From NCBI GenBank assembly GCA_963674965.2, contig CAXXFL010000006.1:576001-640000 (forward strand): a stretch of 64,000 bases of DNA. Reading direction: 5' to 3'. Both the position numbers and the translations under genes were made by a program. Origin of the DNA: a bacterium (GTDB taxonomy: Bacteria > RBG-13-61-14 > DATKZS01). Below are positions 19,350-29,528 of this stretch, piece after piece. Under the pieces are notes generated by a model. That model saw only the letters and a program-made list of their open reading frames with translations. It was not told where the DNA came from and did not search any database. The stretch's first letter is position 1, and each line of letters begins with the position of its first letter.

Positions 19350-19469
19350 ATGAAGACATTTGCGGCGATTATCGAAAAATGCCATGACACCGGATTGTAC
19401 GTGGGATACGCGCCGGGATTCCCGGGGCCCCATACCCGGGCGGAGAAAGGATATCTCCAGTCAAAATGA
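19350..19469 (+). pseudogene. hicB: Truncated HicB-family antitoxin
   Basis: Not in ORF track. AGGAGAGG RBS; MKTFAAIIEKCHDTGLYVGYAPGFPGPHT matches the HicB N-terminus, then diverges and stops after 39 aa. Confidence 0.7.
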
Positions 19470-19525
19470 AGGTCTTTTCGGCCGGGGGAAAGTCGGATGG
19501 CGGGAAATCCAGGTTGGGAGAGAAT

Positions 19526-19562
19526 AAAAAACTTTCGGCCCCCGTGAAGGCCGAAAGTTTTT
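19526..19562. terminator. Bidirectional-type intrinsic terminator 3' of tRNA-Pro
   Basis: AAAAACTTTCGGCC...GGCCGAAAGTTTTT inverted repeat. Confidence 0.85.
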
Positions 19563-19568
19563 ATTTAT

Positions 19569-19646
<78 letters not shown>

Positions 19647-19689
19647 TATATTTGGGGACCGGTTTTGCCGATCCCCTGATTGTTTTAGT

Positions 19690-20088
19690 TTATTCCGGAT
19701 ACCGGCCCTTGTCAAGCAGACGCTTTACTTTGCGCAGCTTGTCGGCGACTTCTTTAACCGCCGCGCTTTCGTCGAGGCCCTCGAATTGAATCTTGAGCTG
19801 TTTGGGGGCCTCTTCTTTTGGCGGGTCCTGTTTTTTTCCGTCCAGCCTGGTCTTGGCGCCGGCGATGGTGTACTTCTGATCGTAGAGCAGGTGTTTGATC
19901 AGGAGAATGGTCTCGACGTCCTTTTTCCGGTAAAGCCTCTGGTTGGACCTGGTTTTTTGAGGCTTCACCTGTTTAAACTCGGTCTCCCAGTACCTTAGCA
20001 CGTGCGGCTTAAGTCCGGTCAGTCCCGCCACCTCGCCGATGCGAAAGTAGCGCTTGTCCGGGAGCGATATTTTTCCCGTTTCGGACAT
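19690..20088 (-). CDS. MerR-family transcriptional regulator (ihfA-linked)
   Basis: [10 protein letters not shown]...[10 protein letters not shown]...RLYR; conserved position after ihfA. Confidence 0.92.
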   Translation of the reverse strand: MSETGKISLPDKRYFRIGEVAGLTGLKPHVLRYWETEFKQVKPQKTRSNQRLYRKKDVETILLIKHLLYDQKYTIAGAKTRLDGKKQDPPKEEAPKQLKIQFEGLDESAAVKEVADKLRKVKRLLDKGRYPE

Positions 20089-20113
20089 GGCCTATTCTTG
20101 TCGTCCCGCCCGC

Positions 20114-20428
20114 TCAGTCCTCGTCGTCGCCCACTTCGCCGTCGGGGACCTCACCCAGGTTAACGGCCGTCTTGAGTATCTGGCTCGCCTTGAAAGTGAC
20201 GACTTTCCTGGCGGAGATGGTGATGGCCTCCCTGGTGTGGGGGTTTCTGCCGATCCTTTCCCGCTTGCTTCTGACCACGAAGTTACCGAAGCCGGAGATT
20301 TTAATCTTCTCGCCTTTCTCCAGGGACTCCTTCATGATCTCGAAAACCATGTCGACGATCTCCGCGGACTCCCGCTTCGAGAACCCAACCTGCTCGTAGA
20401 TCTTCTCGACGAGTTCGGCCTTTGTCAT
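20114..20428 (-). CDS. ihfA: Integration host factor alpha
   Basis: MTKAELVE...KISGFGNF...GRNPHT...VVTFKASQILK; follows pheT. Confidence 0.95.
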   Translation of the reverse strand: MTKAELVEKIYEQVGFSKRESAEIVDMVFEIMKESLEKGEKIKISGFGNFVVRSKRERIGRNPHTREAITISARKVVTFKASQILKTAVNLGEVPDGEVGDDED

Positions 20429-20452
20429 GCCATTTCCTCCTTGCTCATGTTG

Positions 20453-22867
20453 TCAGCGTAAAGCGGCCCCCACCTTACGCTTTAGCTCCCCGGCTAGACG
20501 ATCGTGCTCGGCGCCGACCTCGTCGTCGGTCAAGGTCCGCTCGAGTGACTGATATCTCACGTGGAAGGCCAGGCTCTTTTTGCCCGCCCCCACCGCGTCG
20601 CCCCGGAAAACGTCAAATAACGTCATGCTTTCGAGGATCGGGCCCTTCCCCTTCATCGCCGCCCTGATAATATCCTCCATGGCGACCGTTTCGTCAACCA
20701 CCACGGCGATATCTCGAAGACTTGGCGGGAACTTGGAGATGGCCCGCGCCCTCGGAACGTAACCAGCATACTCGCATAGAATGTCAAACGCAAGTTCGGC
20801 AATGAAAACCGGACCTTTTAAGTCAAACGATTCGGCGACCCGGGGATGGACCTCGCCCAGCCGTCCCGCCGGGGTTTTTCCCGCCATCAGTTTGGCGCTT
20901 TTCCCCGGATGGAGAAAAGGCTCGGGTGAATCGTCGCGGTCTATCCTGGCGCCGGGAAATCCCATGGCCCCCAGTATTTGCTCGACCACTCCCTTCAGCT
21001 CGTAGAAGCCGTCATCGGGACCGGCCTCCGGCCAAAGGGTCTTGTCCTGAGAGGGCGAGAAGGCCAGGCATAAAAGGTTTCTTTGAATCGGCAACGCCTC
21101 GCCCGCGTCCTCAAAGGCTGAATTTATCTCGTAAAGCCTGATAGCTCCCGACTCTCCCCGGCTCCTGTTCATGGACAGGCAAGCAAGAGCCTTGGGAACA
21201 AGGCTTGTCCTTAAAACCGACTCGTCACGAGAAAGAGGATTGGCGATCTTCACGGACTTAAGGCGGGGATCGCCATCGGCCAGGCCAAGCAGCGACAGGC
21301 GCCTCGGGTCCTCGAAGCTCGTGAGTATGATCTCCGAGAAGCCAAGAGCGGCCAACCGCTCCCTTAGGCGGGAGGCGAACTCGAGGTCGGTCCTCCTCCG
21401 CATGGTCTCCATCTTGAAGCGAGGCGCGTCGGAGGGGATATTGTCGTAGCCGTAAAGCCTGGCAACCTCCTCAATAAGGTCGTGTTCCTCGAGAAGGTCC
21501 GGACGATATGAAGGAGGTATGGCCTCGATAGCGTCGCCCGCGAGCCTGGCCTCCATCCCGTCTAGACGTAGCAGAAGCTTGACCTGCTCCTCGGCGGAAA
21601 TCTCGGCCCCCAAAACGGACGAGGCCCGGGAGGGACGAAGCCGTATCACCGGGCGCTTGAACTCCTCTTTCTTGGCGTCCACCACTCCCCGCGCTATCTG
21701 ACCGCCGGCCAGTTCCTTGATGAGTTCAATGGCCCTGTCCGCGGCGGTCACCTGGAGAAGAGGATCGACTCCTTTGTCGAAGCGGCGGCTGGCCTCGGAG
21801 GGCAGTCCCAGCAGCCTGGCGGTCCTTCTTATGGAAGTCGGCTTGAAGCAGGCGCTCTCGAGCAGCACGTCCACCGTGTCTTCGCTTACCTCGGAATCGA
21901 GTCCTCCCATGACCCCGGCTATAGCCACCGGGCCCTCGCCGTCGCGTATCATGAGGCTGTCGTCGCGGAGCGTCCTTTCAACCCCGTCCAGGGTGACGAA
22001 CTTGTCGCCCGCCTTGGCGGTCCGGACCACGATCTTCTTTCCTCTTATCTTTGCGAAGTCGAAGGCGTGCAATGGCTGCCCAAGCTCGAGCATGACGTAG
22101 TTGGTCACGTCCACCACGTTGTTGATGGGCCTCATGCCGGCGGCCTCGACGCGGCTTGCCAGCCACTCCGGGGAAGGGCCGATCTTGATGCCCTTGATCA
22201 GCCTGGCGGCGTAGCGGGGGCACCCGTCGTAATCCTCGATGATCACCTCGACCTGGTCCTGGATGGGAGGTCCCGTCTCCTCGACCTCGAACCTCGGGGG
22301 CCTGGCCTTGTCCCCGGTTATGGCCGCCACCTCGCGGGCCGTTCCCAAAACGGACGTCATGTCTCCCCGGTTGGGGGTGGGCTCGGTCTCGATAACCGCG
22401 TCGTCGCTTCCCAGTGCCTTGGGAAGGGGAAGACCTATCTCGAGGCCGGCCGGCAGTATCCAGATGCCGGAGTGGTCCTCACTCATTCCCAGCTCACGCT
22501 CGGAGCAGAGCATGCCGTGGCTGGTAACGCCCCTTATCTTGGTCTTTTTGATCTTGAAGTCGCCGGGCAGTTCCGTTCCCACCGCGGCGAGAGGGACCAG
22601 GTCGCCCTCGCTGATGTTGGAGGCGCCGCACACTATGGTAAGGGGCTCCGCGCCCTTCTGAGCCACGACCTGGCAGACCGAGAGTTTGTCGGCGTCGGGG
22701 TGTCTTTCGATCTTCTCGATCCTGGCCGTAACCACGCCCTTGAAATCGGGAATGGGCGATCCCAGATTGACGGTCTCGCACCCGGTCATGGTCATGACGT
22801 GGGCGAGCTCGTCCGGGTCCATGTCCAGGTTAACGTATTCTTTCAGCCAACTCAGCGGTACCAGCAA
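20453..22867 (-). CDS. pheT: Phenylalanyl-tRNA synthetase beta subunit
   Basis: HPDADKLSVC, TPNRGD, NNVVDVTNY, DLIEEVARLYGY, C-terminal anticodon-binding domain; TTG start. Confidence 0.97.
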   Translation of the reverse strand: MLVPLSWLKEYVNLDMDPDELAHVMTMTGCETVNLGSPIPDFKGVVTARIEKIERHPDADKLSVCQVVAQKGAEPLTIVCGASNISEGDLVPLAAVGTELPGDFKIKKTKIRGVTSHGMLCSERELGMSEDHSGIWILPAGLEIGLPLPKALGSDDAVIETEPTPNRGDMTSVLGTAREVAAITGDKARPPRFEVEETGPPIQDQVEVIIEDYDGCPRYAARLIKGIKIGPSPEWLASRVEAAGMRPINNVVDVTNYVMLELGQPLHAFDFAKIRGKKIVVRTAKAGDKFVTLDGVERTLRDDSLMIRDGEGPVAIAGVMGGLDSEVSEDTVDVLLESACFKPTSIRRTARLLGLPSEASRRFDKGVDPLLQVTAADRAIELIKELAGGQIARGVVDAKKEEFKRPVIRLRPSRASSVLGAEISAEEQVKLLLRLDGMEARLAGDAIEAIPPSYRPDLLEEHDLIEEVARLYGYDNIPSDAPRFKMETMRRRTDLEFASRLRERLAALGFSEIILTSFEDPRRLSLLGLADGDPRLKSVKIANPLSRDESVLRTSLVPKALACLSMNRSRGESGAIRLYEINSAFEDAGEALPIQRNLLCLAFSPSQDKTLWPEAGPDDGFYELKGVVEQILGAMGFPGARIDRDDSPEPFLHPGKSAKLMAGKTPAGRLGEVHPRVAESFDLKGPVFIAELAFDILCEYAGYVPRARAISKFPPSLRDIAVVVDETVAMEDIIRAAMKGKGPILESMTLFDVFRGDAVGAGKKSLAFHVRYQSLERTLTDDEVGAEHDRLAGELKRKVGAALR

Positions 22868-23031
22868 ACCAACCTACCTCGCGAATTCCGACGCCCGGCC
22901 GGCCGGGAAACGGTATCGAGGCGAAAGGCCTTTCCTTTCGCCCAAAAGTTCCCCTCTTCCGCTCGGGCGGCGCATAAATTTTCAATTGGATTTTATTAAA
23001 CGATCCGGCCTGACTGCAAACGGCCGTCCCC

Positions 23032-24048
23032 CTAAAACTGCCTTAAAAATCTCACGTCGTTCTCGAAAAAACTTCTTATAGTTCCGATGCCGTATTTGAG
23101 CATGGCGATTCTTTCCACGCCCATGCCAAAGGCGAAACCGGTCAGTTTTTCAGGGTCGTACCCCACGTTTTTGAGCACCTGGGGATGGACCATGCCCGAT
23201 CCCAGTATCTCGAGCCACCCCGTTTTCTTGCAGACGGCGCACCCTGACCCCTTGCAGATGACGCACTCGATGTCAACCTCGGCCGAGGGCTCGGTAAAGG
23301 GGAAATAGCTCGGGCGGAACCTGACTCCCACGTCCTCCCCGAAGTAGCCGCGGATAAAGGCCATGAGAGCGCCCTTCAGGTGCCCGAAGGTCACGCCCTC
23401 GTCCACCATCAGCCCCTCCACCTGGTGGAACATGGGGGAATGGGTCAGGTCCGAGTCGCACCTGTACACGCGGCCGGGGCAGATTATGCGCACCGGCGGC
23501 TCGTGCTTCTTCATGGACCGTATCTGGACGGGAGAGGTATGGGTGCGCAGCACGACCTCCTCGTCAACGTAAAAGGTGTCCTGCATGTCCCGGGCCGGGT
23601 GGTCCTTGCCGATGTTCAGGGCCTCGAAGTTGTTGAAGTCGCTCTCCACGTCGGGACCGCTCTCGATCCAGAAACCCATGCCCGTGAATATCTTGACTAT
23701 CTCGTCCATGGCCCGGGTAACGGGATGGATCGAGCCAGTTACCGCTCCCATGCCGGGAAGGGTGACGTCGAGCCGGGAACTCTCGAGCTCACGGTTAAGG
23801 GCAATCTCCTTGATCCTGGCCTCGGCTTCCTTGATCCTTTCCTGCAGGGCCTTTTTGATCTCGTTGCCCAGTTTGCCGATCTTGGGGCGGTCCTCCGGCG
23901 CGGCCTCGCTCACCCGAGACAGGGCCTCGGTGAGACGGCCCTTCCGCCCGAGGTAGGACACGCGGATGGCCTCGAGGTCCTTGGCGTCCAAGGCCCCCTC
24001 GAGGTCCCTCTCGGCGCTGGCGCGAAGGTCTTGAAGCTCCCTTTCCAA
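23032..24048 (-). CDS. pheS: Phenylalanyl-tRNA synthetase alpha subunit
   Basis: HPARDMQDTFY, LRTHTSPVQ, FPFTEPS, GFAFGMGVERIAMLKY; TTG start. Confidence 0.98.
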   Translation of the reverse strand: MERELQDLRASAERDLEGALDAKDLEAIRVSYLGRKGRLTEALSRVSEAAPEDRPKIGKLGNEIKKALQERIKEAEARIKEIALNRELESSRLDVTLPGMGAVTGSIHPVTRAMDEIVKIFTGMGFWIESGPDVESDFNNFEALNIGKDHPARDMQDTFYVDEEVVLRTHTSPVQIRSMKKHEPPVRIICPGRVYRCDSDLTHSPMFHQVEGLMVDEGVTFGHLKGALMAFIRGYFGEDVGVRFRPSYFPFTEPSAEVDIECVICKGSGCAVCKKTGWLEILGSGMVHPQVLKNVGYDPEKLTGFAFGMGVERIAMLKYGIGTIRSFFENDVRFLRQF

Positions 24049-24057
24049 GCGCGACTC

Positions 24058-24411
24058 CTACAGCGCGGCCTGGGCCTTCTTGACGATCTCGGCGAAGGCC
24101 TGGGGCTCGTTGAGAGCGATGTCGGCCAGGACCTTGCGGTCGATCTCGACGCCGGCCTTTTTAAGTCCGCTCACGAACTTGGAATAGCTCATGCCGTGCT
24201 CGCGAACGGCCGCGTTGATCCTTACGATCCACAGGCCGCGGAAGTCGCGCTTTTTCACCTTCCGGTCGCGATAGGAATAGGCCAGGCCGCGGGTCACCGT
24301 TTCCTTGGCCACCCTGTAGTGGCGGCTCCTGGCGCCGCGATAGCCCTTGGCCATCTTCAGGATTTTCTTGTGCCGTCTTTTTCTGGGCACGCCGCTTTTC
24401 GCTCTAGGCAT
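24058..24411 (-). CDS. rplT: 50S ribosomal protein L20
   Basis: [33 protein letters not shown]. Confidence 0.98.
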   Translation of the reverse strand: MPRAKSGVPRKRRHKKILKMAKGYRGARSRHYRVAKETVTRGLAYSYRDRKVKKRDFRGLWIVRINAAVREHGMSYSKFVSGLKKAGVEIDRKVLADIALNEPQAFAEIVKKAQAAL

Positions 24412-24548
24412 GGATACACCCCTTTATTCGGTCCTCGCCGCTTTTCGCGGCGATGGATTTTCACTCGCGCCCCGAGGACGCGATAATTCCAAGAAACCAG
24501 GAAGGGCCGGGATTTCCTGGCCCTTCAGATCGATCCGGGAGAAGGCCT

Positions 24549-24746
24549 TTACTTGTAAGGTATCAGCGTCCTCGCCTGCTTCTCGTTGGCCGATCCCACC
24601 GTGGAACTCTGCCGAAGCTTTCTCTTGCGCGACCTGGTCTTCTTGGTCATGATGTGACTTTTATTGGCCTTGGCCCGTTTTATTTTTCCTGTCCCCGTCT
24701 TGTTAAGCCGTTTCTTGGCCCCGCTATGTGATTTTATTTTCGGCAC
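24549..24746 (-). CDS. rpmI: 50S ribosomal protein L35
   Basis: MPKIKSHSGAKKR...TGTGKIKR; GTG start. Confidence 0.97.
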   Translation of the reverse strand: MPKIKSHSGAKKRLNKTGTGKIKRAKANKSHIMTKKTRSRKRKLRQSSTVGSANEKQARTLIPYK

Positions 24747-24760
24747 TTTATTTAGCTCCT

Positions 24761-25387
24761 TTACTCCGTCTCGTTCGTATTTTCAGGTCCGGCCTCCTCG
24801 GCCATCTCTTTTTGTTTGTCCTGTTTGACCTTCTTGGCCTGTTGCTCCTTGGTAAGGGGGGCCACCACGCAAATCAGGTTCCTTCCCTGCATCTCGCCGT
24901 TGTCCATGGGCAACCCCAGGTCCTCGAGTTCCTGGAGCACCGTCTGGAGCATTTTCCTTCCGATCTCGGGATGGACCATTTCCCGTCCCCTGTAGACGAC
25001 GTGGACCTTGACCCTGTCTCCCTTCTCGAGAAACTCCCGCGCCTTTTTCAGCTTGGTCTCGAGATCGTGCCGCTCGGTCTTGGTGCGCAGCTTGATTTCC
25101 TTCATCTGCTGCTGGGACTGTTTTTTCTTGGCCTCGCGGTTTTTTTTCTGCTGTCCGTAGATGAACCTTCCGTAGTCCATTATCCTCGCCACGGGAGGAT
25201 CGCCGCCCGGGGCGACTTCAACCAGATCAAGGCCCTTTTCGTGGGCCAGCGTTATGGCGTCTCTTGTCATCATAACGCCGATCTTGTTCTTTTCGTCGTC
25301 GATCACGAGAACCCGGGGAGCCCGAATCTTTTCGTTCACCGCGAACTCCTGCTCCGGCGCCGCTGTGGGTTTACCTTTTTTTCCCAA
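24761..25387 (-). CDS. infC: Translation initiation factor IF-3
   Basis: NEKIRA, LDLVEVA, PPVARIMDYG, KEIKL, GDRVKV, RGRE; non-ATG (TTG) start after GGAGG, consistent with IF3 autoregulation. Confidence 0.95.
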   Translation of the reverse strand: MGKKGKPTAAPEQEFAVNEKIRAPRVLVIDDEKNKIGVMMTRDAITLAHEKGLDLVEVAPGGDPPVARIMDYGRFIYGQQKKNREAKKKQSQQQMKEIKLRTKTERHDLETKLKKAREFLEKGDRVKVHVVYRGREMVHPEIGRKMLQTVLQELEDLGLPMDNGEMQGRNLICVVAPLTKEQQAKKVKQDKQKEMAEEAGPENTNETE

Positions 25388-25455
25388 GCGTTAAGTCCCT
25401 CCTGCCAAGGTTTTGCGCGAATCCGGCATCAGCCGCCCAAACCTCTTTAAGACCA

Positions 25456-27396
25456 TTAGTTTTTCCCGGACCTTTTTTCGAGAGGCTTTGTCTCAGGCAA
25501 CTTCATCCGAGGCGCGGCCTTCTCGATAAACTCCGAGACCTTCATTATTTTCCAGTCCTCGCCGCCATGGGTCCTTGGCGACACGCCGTCCGTCTCGGCC
25601 TCCTTGTCGCCAACCACCAGCATAAAAGGAATTTTCTCGACCTCGGCCTCCCTGATCTTTTTCTTGAGGCCCTCGTTGCGGTCGTCTATTTCCGCCCTTA
25701 TGCCGGCTTCCCTCAGCCTGGCTAAAACGGACCAGGCGTGCTCCACGTGCCGATCGGTAATGGGAAGTAGCCGAGCCTGCACCGGGGCCAGCCAAGCGGG
25801 AAAAGCTCCAGCGTAATGCTCTATCAAAACTCCCAGGAATCTCTCGATCGAACCCAGGACCACGCGATGGATCATGACCGGACGATGCTTGTTGCCGTCC
25901 GGTCCGATATAAGCGAGATCGAACCGGTCGGGCATCGTAAAATCGCATTGTATTGTAGCACATTGCCATTTTCTGTCAAGCGCGTCCTTAAGTTTGATGT
26001 CTATCTTGGGACCGTAAAAAGCTCCTTCTCCCGGGCAGATATCGTAGGGCTGTCCACTGGCGTCCAGGGCGTCGCGAAGGGCCTTGGTGGCCAGGTCCCA
26101 CACGTCGTCGGTACCGATCGAGTCGGCCGGGCGGGTGGAAAGCTCCATTTCCACTTCAAACCCGAATACTTCCATGACCTGAAGCACGAAGTCCATTACC
26201 CCCAGCACCTCGTCCTGGAGTTGGTCCGGGGTACACAGTATATGAGCGTCGTCCTGAGTAAAGGCCCTGACCCTGAAAAGTCCCGATAAAACGCCGGACT
26301 TCTCGTGACGGTGGACGTTGCCGAGCTCGAAGTAGCGGATGGGCAGGTCGCGGTAGCTTCTCACTTTACTCTTGTAAATCAGCATGTGAGACAGGCAGTT
26401 CATGGGCTTGATGCCGTACTCCACCTCGTCCACGGTGGTGAAGTACATGTTTTCCTTGTAGTGCTCGTAGTGGCCCGACTTCCTCCACAGCTCGCTCTTT
26501 AAAAGGGTCGGTCCGTAAACGATCTGGTACCCTCTTTTTATGTGCTCTTTTCTCTCGAACTCCTCGAGCAGGGTCCGTACCATGCCCAGCTTGGGATGAT
26601 AAACCAGGAACCCGGGCCCCACTTCCTCGTGGATCGAGAAAAGGTCAAGCTCTCGCGCCAGTCGTCTATGGTCGCGCTTTTTGGCTTCCTCCAGCCATGT
26701 AAGATACTTCTTCAGTTCCTTCTTGTCCGCGAAGGCCGCGCCGTAAATCCTCTGGAGCATGGGGTTTCTCTCGTCCCCTCTCCAGTAGGCCCCGGCCAGC
26801 CTGGTAAGCTTGAAGGCCTTGATCTTGCCCGTGCTGGGCAGATGGGGTCCCCTGCAGAGGTCCACGAAGTCGCCGTGCCGGTAAAGGGAAATGGTCTCGC
26901 CCTCCCCCAGGTCCTCGATCAGTTCGACCTTGTAGGTCTCCCCCATCTTTTTGAATAGCTCGATGGCCTCCTCACGGGTGACCACCTCGCGTGTAAAGGG
27001 CTTGTCGGCCTTGATTATTTCCTCCATCTTCTCCTCGATGCGGGGAAGATCGTCCGGGGTGAACCCAGGCGCGTAGTCGAAGTCGTAGTAAAAGCCGTTT
27101 TCGATGGCCGGCCCGATGGTGACCTTGGCCTCGGGGAAAAGGCCCTGGACCGCGTCGGCCATGACGTGGGCCGTGGAATGGCGAAGCACGTCCACCCCCT
27201 CGGGGTCCCTGAGCGTGACCGCCGAGAATTCCCCGCCGCCGGTCAGGGGCAGGTTAAGGTCTATAAGGGCGCCCTCAAGCCTGGCCGCAACCGCGGCGCC
27301 GGCCAGGCCCTTGGACAACCTCGAGAGCGCCTCGAGGGCGCTGACTCCATCCTCCACCTCGAGCTTCGAGCCGTCGGGAAGACTCAATACCGCCAT
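25456..27396 (-). CDS. thrS: Threonyl-tRNA synthetase
   Basis: TGS domain, [35 protein letters not shown]. Confidence 0.98.
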   Translation of the reverse strand: MAVLSLPDGSKLEVEDGVSALEALSRLSKGLAGAAVAARLEGALIDLNLPLTGGGEFSAVTLRDPEGVDVLRHSTAHVMADAVQGLFPEAKVTIGPAIENGFYYDFDYAPGFTPDDLPRIEEKMEEIIKADKPFTREVVTREEAIELFKKMGETYKVELIEDLGEGETISLYRHGDFVDLCRGPHLPSTGKIKAFKLTRLAGAYWRGDERNPMLQRIYGAAFADKKELKKYLTWLEEAKKRDHRRLARELDLFSIHEEVGPGFLVYHPKLGMVRTLLEEFERKEHIKRGYQIVYGPTLLKSELWRKSGHYEHYKENMYFTTVDEVEYGIKPMNCLSHMLIYKSKVRSYRDLPIRYFELGNVHRHEKSGVLSGLFRVRAFTQDDAHILCTPDQLQDEVLGVMDFVLQVMEVFGFEVEMELSTRPADSIGTDDVWDLATKALRDALDASGQPYDICPGEGAFYGPKIDIKLKDALDRKWQCATIQCDFTMPDRFDLAYIGPDGNKHRPVMIHRVVLGSIERFLGVLIEHYAGAFPAWLAPVQARLLPITDRHVEHAWSVLARLREAGIRAEIDDRNEGLKKKIREAEVEKIPFMLVVGDKEAETDGVSPRTHGGEDWKIMKVSEFIEKAAPRMKLPETKPLEKRSGKN

Positions 27397-27566
27397 TTCA
27401 CCATCTCCTTAAAAAAAGTTACCGCCCCGGCGTACGGATAAGCGCGCTTTCACGGCCGGGGCGAGACAATAGACATATCGCTGGCGTTCTATATATATTA
27501 AGGCATACCTCCACAAATTTCAACGGGTTTTCGAGATTTGCGCCCCCGAGGCCGGGCGCGAGCAAT

Positions 27567-27722
27567 TTAGCCTCCGATTCCAAGAGGCGTCCAGCTCAAA
27601 CTGGACCTAATTTCCCTCAGGCTTGCGGGGTTTCCGGGACACATGGCCAAGAAATGATAGTGATTGCCCATGACCGCCCAGGCTTGAAGTCGCCAGTCGC
27701 ATAGCTCACAAAACTCGCGGGC
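27567..27722 (-). pseudogene. Fragment of a Y1 HUH transposase (RAYT/IS200-like)
   Basis: Not in ORF track. Stop-to-stop frame AREFCELCDWRLQAWAVMGNHYHFLAMCPGNPASL carries the AWxVMxNHxH HUH signature; no upstream start, no catalytic Tyr region. Confidence 0.65.
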
Positions 27723-27741
27723 TTAATCGATAAAGGTATTT

Positions 27742-28080
27742 TCAACCCAGCTTGGCGCCATTGGGGACCTCGCGCTCGGGGACGGCCAGGACCACGGCGC
27801 CGTCGTCAAGGTAGAAGCCGCAGAGGAGGAACTCCGACCTTACGGGGCCTATCTGTTTGGGCGGGAAATTGATCACGGCCACTATCTGCCTTCCCTGGAG
27901 TTCCTCCATCGCGTAAAGGTCCGTGACCTGGGCGCTGGTCTTCTTGATCCCTATTTGCGGACCGAAGTCGGCGGTGACCTTATAAGCCGGTTTTCTGGCC
28001 TCGGGGAATGGTTCGACCTTGGTTACCCTTCCCACCCGAATCTCGACCCTCTCGAAATCGTCCCAGCCGATGGTTTCCAT
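27742..28080 (-). CDS. csaA: CsaA/Trbp111-type tRNA-binding export chaperone
   Basis: [41 protein letters not shown]. Confidence 0.9.
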   Translation of the reverse strand: METIGWDDFERVEIRVGRVTKVEPFPEARKPAYKVTADFGPQIGIKKTSAQVTDLYAMEELQGRQIVAVINFPPKQIGPVRSEFLLCGFYLDDGAVVLAVPEREVPNGAKLG

Positions 28081-28096
28081 TTGTCCATTCCCCGCT

Positions 28097-28381
28097 CTAC
28101 CTGTTTTTGCTCAGGTTATGCTGGATTTTCGCCTGCGCCTCCTGGAGGGCCTGCTGGATGGTCTGGACCAGAGTATAGGCGTTGCTCACGGACAGGACCA
28201 CGCGGTTGGAAATAGTGGCGTGGCCGGGCATGGAGCGGTGAAAGTTGCCGAACTCGATGACCACGTCGCCCGTTCCCACGAACACGTTGAAAACGTCGCG
28301 GTAAAGATACTCGAGATCGGGAGACACGTGAAACTGTATCTCGGCGGGCGCCGCCTCCTTGTTATTATTTTCGTCCTCCAT
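28097..28381 (-). CDS. Small protein, DUF3467-like
   Basis: ATG 28381 after GAGG; YRDVFNV...DVVIEFG...RVVLSxxxA then a C-terminal helix. Confidence 0.55.
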   Translation of the reverse strand: MEDENNNKEAAPAEIQFHVSPDLEYLYRDVFNVFVGTGDVVIEFGNFHRSMPGHATISNRVVLSVSNAYTLVQTIQQALQEAQAKIQHNLSKNR

Positions 28382-28432
28382 TGATTCCTCCGTAAACCGG
28401 AAATCCATCCGGCTTAAGTAGCCGAGTCTCGG

Positions 28433-28840
28433 TCAAGACATTATTAGGAGCTTGGTTTGAGACGGGACCAGGGTGGACCCGCCGGGCACGTTGGTCGAGT
28501 TCTGCATGGCCGTGTCCAACATTCTGGTGGCGGGCATTCCTCCGTGAAAGACCTTGGTGCTTCCCTTCAAGTTGCGGGCCGGCCCGATGATGGTACCCGA
28601 CATGACGCCGCCGGCCACGCCGGGCTCGTCGCCGTTGCTGAGGGGAATGGTCGTGCCCAGGTTGTGCGCCGGCATCATGGAAATGAGGTATTTAAGGCAG
28701 GTGGTGGGCGGCAAGGCCATCATGAGTTGGGCGATATTAACGTAAGGCACGGGCACGGGCGAGGGAGAAGGAGGCGCGGGCGTGAGACACACGTCCGGCG
28801 TTCCCAAATCCTGGCCGGCCAGAGAGCAGTTGGCAAACAT
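28433..28840 (-). CDS. DUF4150 PAAR-like T6SS spike-tip protein (TagD-like)
   Basis: PDVCLTP...PVPYVN...SNGDEPGVAGGVMSG...GSTKV...QNSTN; no C-terminal toxin domain. Confidence 0.9.
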   Translation of the reverse strand: MFANCSLAGQDLGTPDVCLTPAPPSPSPVPVPYVNIAQLMMALPPTTCLKYLISMMPAHNLGTTIPLSNGDEPGVAGGVMSGTIIGPARNLKGSTKVFHGGMPATRMLDTAMQNSTNVPGGSTLVPSQTKLLIMS

Positions 28841-28862
28841 TATAAATTCTCCTCTTGGCGGC

Positions 28863-29528
28863 TTATCCCATAAAGATATGCTCGCCGTCTATCTTGGTTT
28901 CCTTCTTGCTCACCATGATCGTGCGCGCCGAGTCCATCGAGTAGAGTCCGCCGGTTTTCCTTGAAATGTTCCCGGCCTGGACCTGGTCGCTGTCCTCGGT
29001 CTTGCGGACGTAGTTCTTGACCCGCGAAAGAGCGTGGCGGGCCATGGTGCTGAGCACGCGGCTGACCAAAAGCACGGACTTATAAGTTGCGCGGAGGGTT
29101 TCACCCCGAGCGGTCAGGTCTCCATAATCCACGACCGCCTCGTCGCTTTTATGGACCACCCTTCTCGATACGAGTCCGAGCCGGTCGCCCGAGGTTATGG
29201 ATACGGACTCCTCCGATACCAGGTTCAGGGGCCCGCTCGCGGCCACCAGGGTCGCTCCCGCGGGAAAGGCCAGGGTCATGCCCTTTTCCACGCCGGGACG
29301 CTCGATGATTCCGAGCACGTGATAAGTCCCGCTCCGGTCGCCGCCGAGGACGACCAGGTCCCCCGGCAGGGGCTGGACCAGACAACTGAAGGCCACCTCG
29401 GCGTCACGAACCACTCCCGCCATCTCGACGCGAGCCTCGCGGCCGCAAGCCGAGACCACCCGGGCCTTGGCAAGGCCCCAGGACTCGTTCTCCCTCAAAG
29501 GATATACGTTGGCCGTGTTGGTCATCAT
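28863..29528 (-). CDS. DUF3540 protein (TagC-like)
   Basis: AFSCLVQPLPGDLV, YHVLGIIER, C-terminal KIDGEHIFMG; ATGA overlap with upstream stop. Confidence 0.85.
   Translation of the reverse strand: MMTNTANVYPLRENESWGLAKARVVSACGREARVEMAGVVRDAEVAFSCLVQPLPGDLVVLGGDRSGTYHVLGIIERPGVEKGMTLAFPAGATLVAASGPLNLVSEESVSITSGDRLGLVSRRVVHKSDEAVVDYGDLTARGETLRATYKSVLLVSRVLSTMARHALSRVKNYVRKTEDSDQVQAGNISRKTGGLYSMDSARTIMVSKKETKIDGEHIFMG

Noticed and set aside
24430-24530. Hairpins between rpmI and rplT as a novel RNA
   Set aside because: Short GC stems compatible with ordinary mRNA processing or attenuation; no further support.
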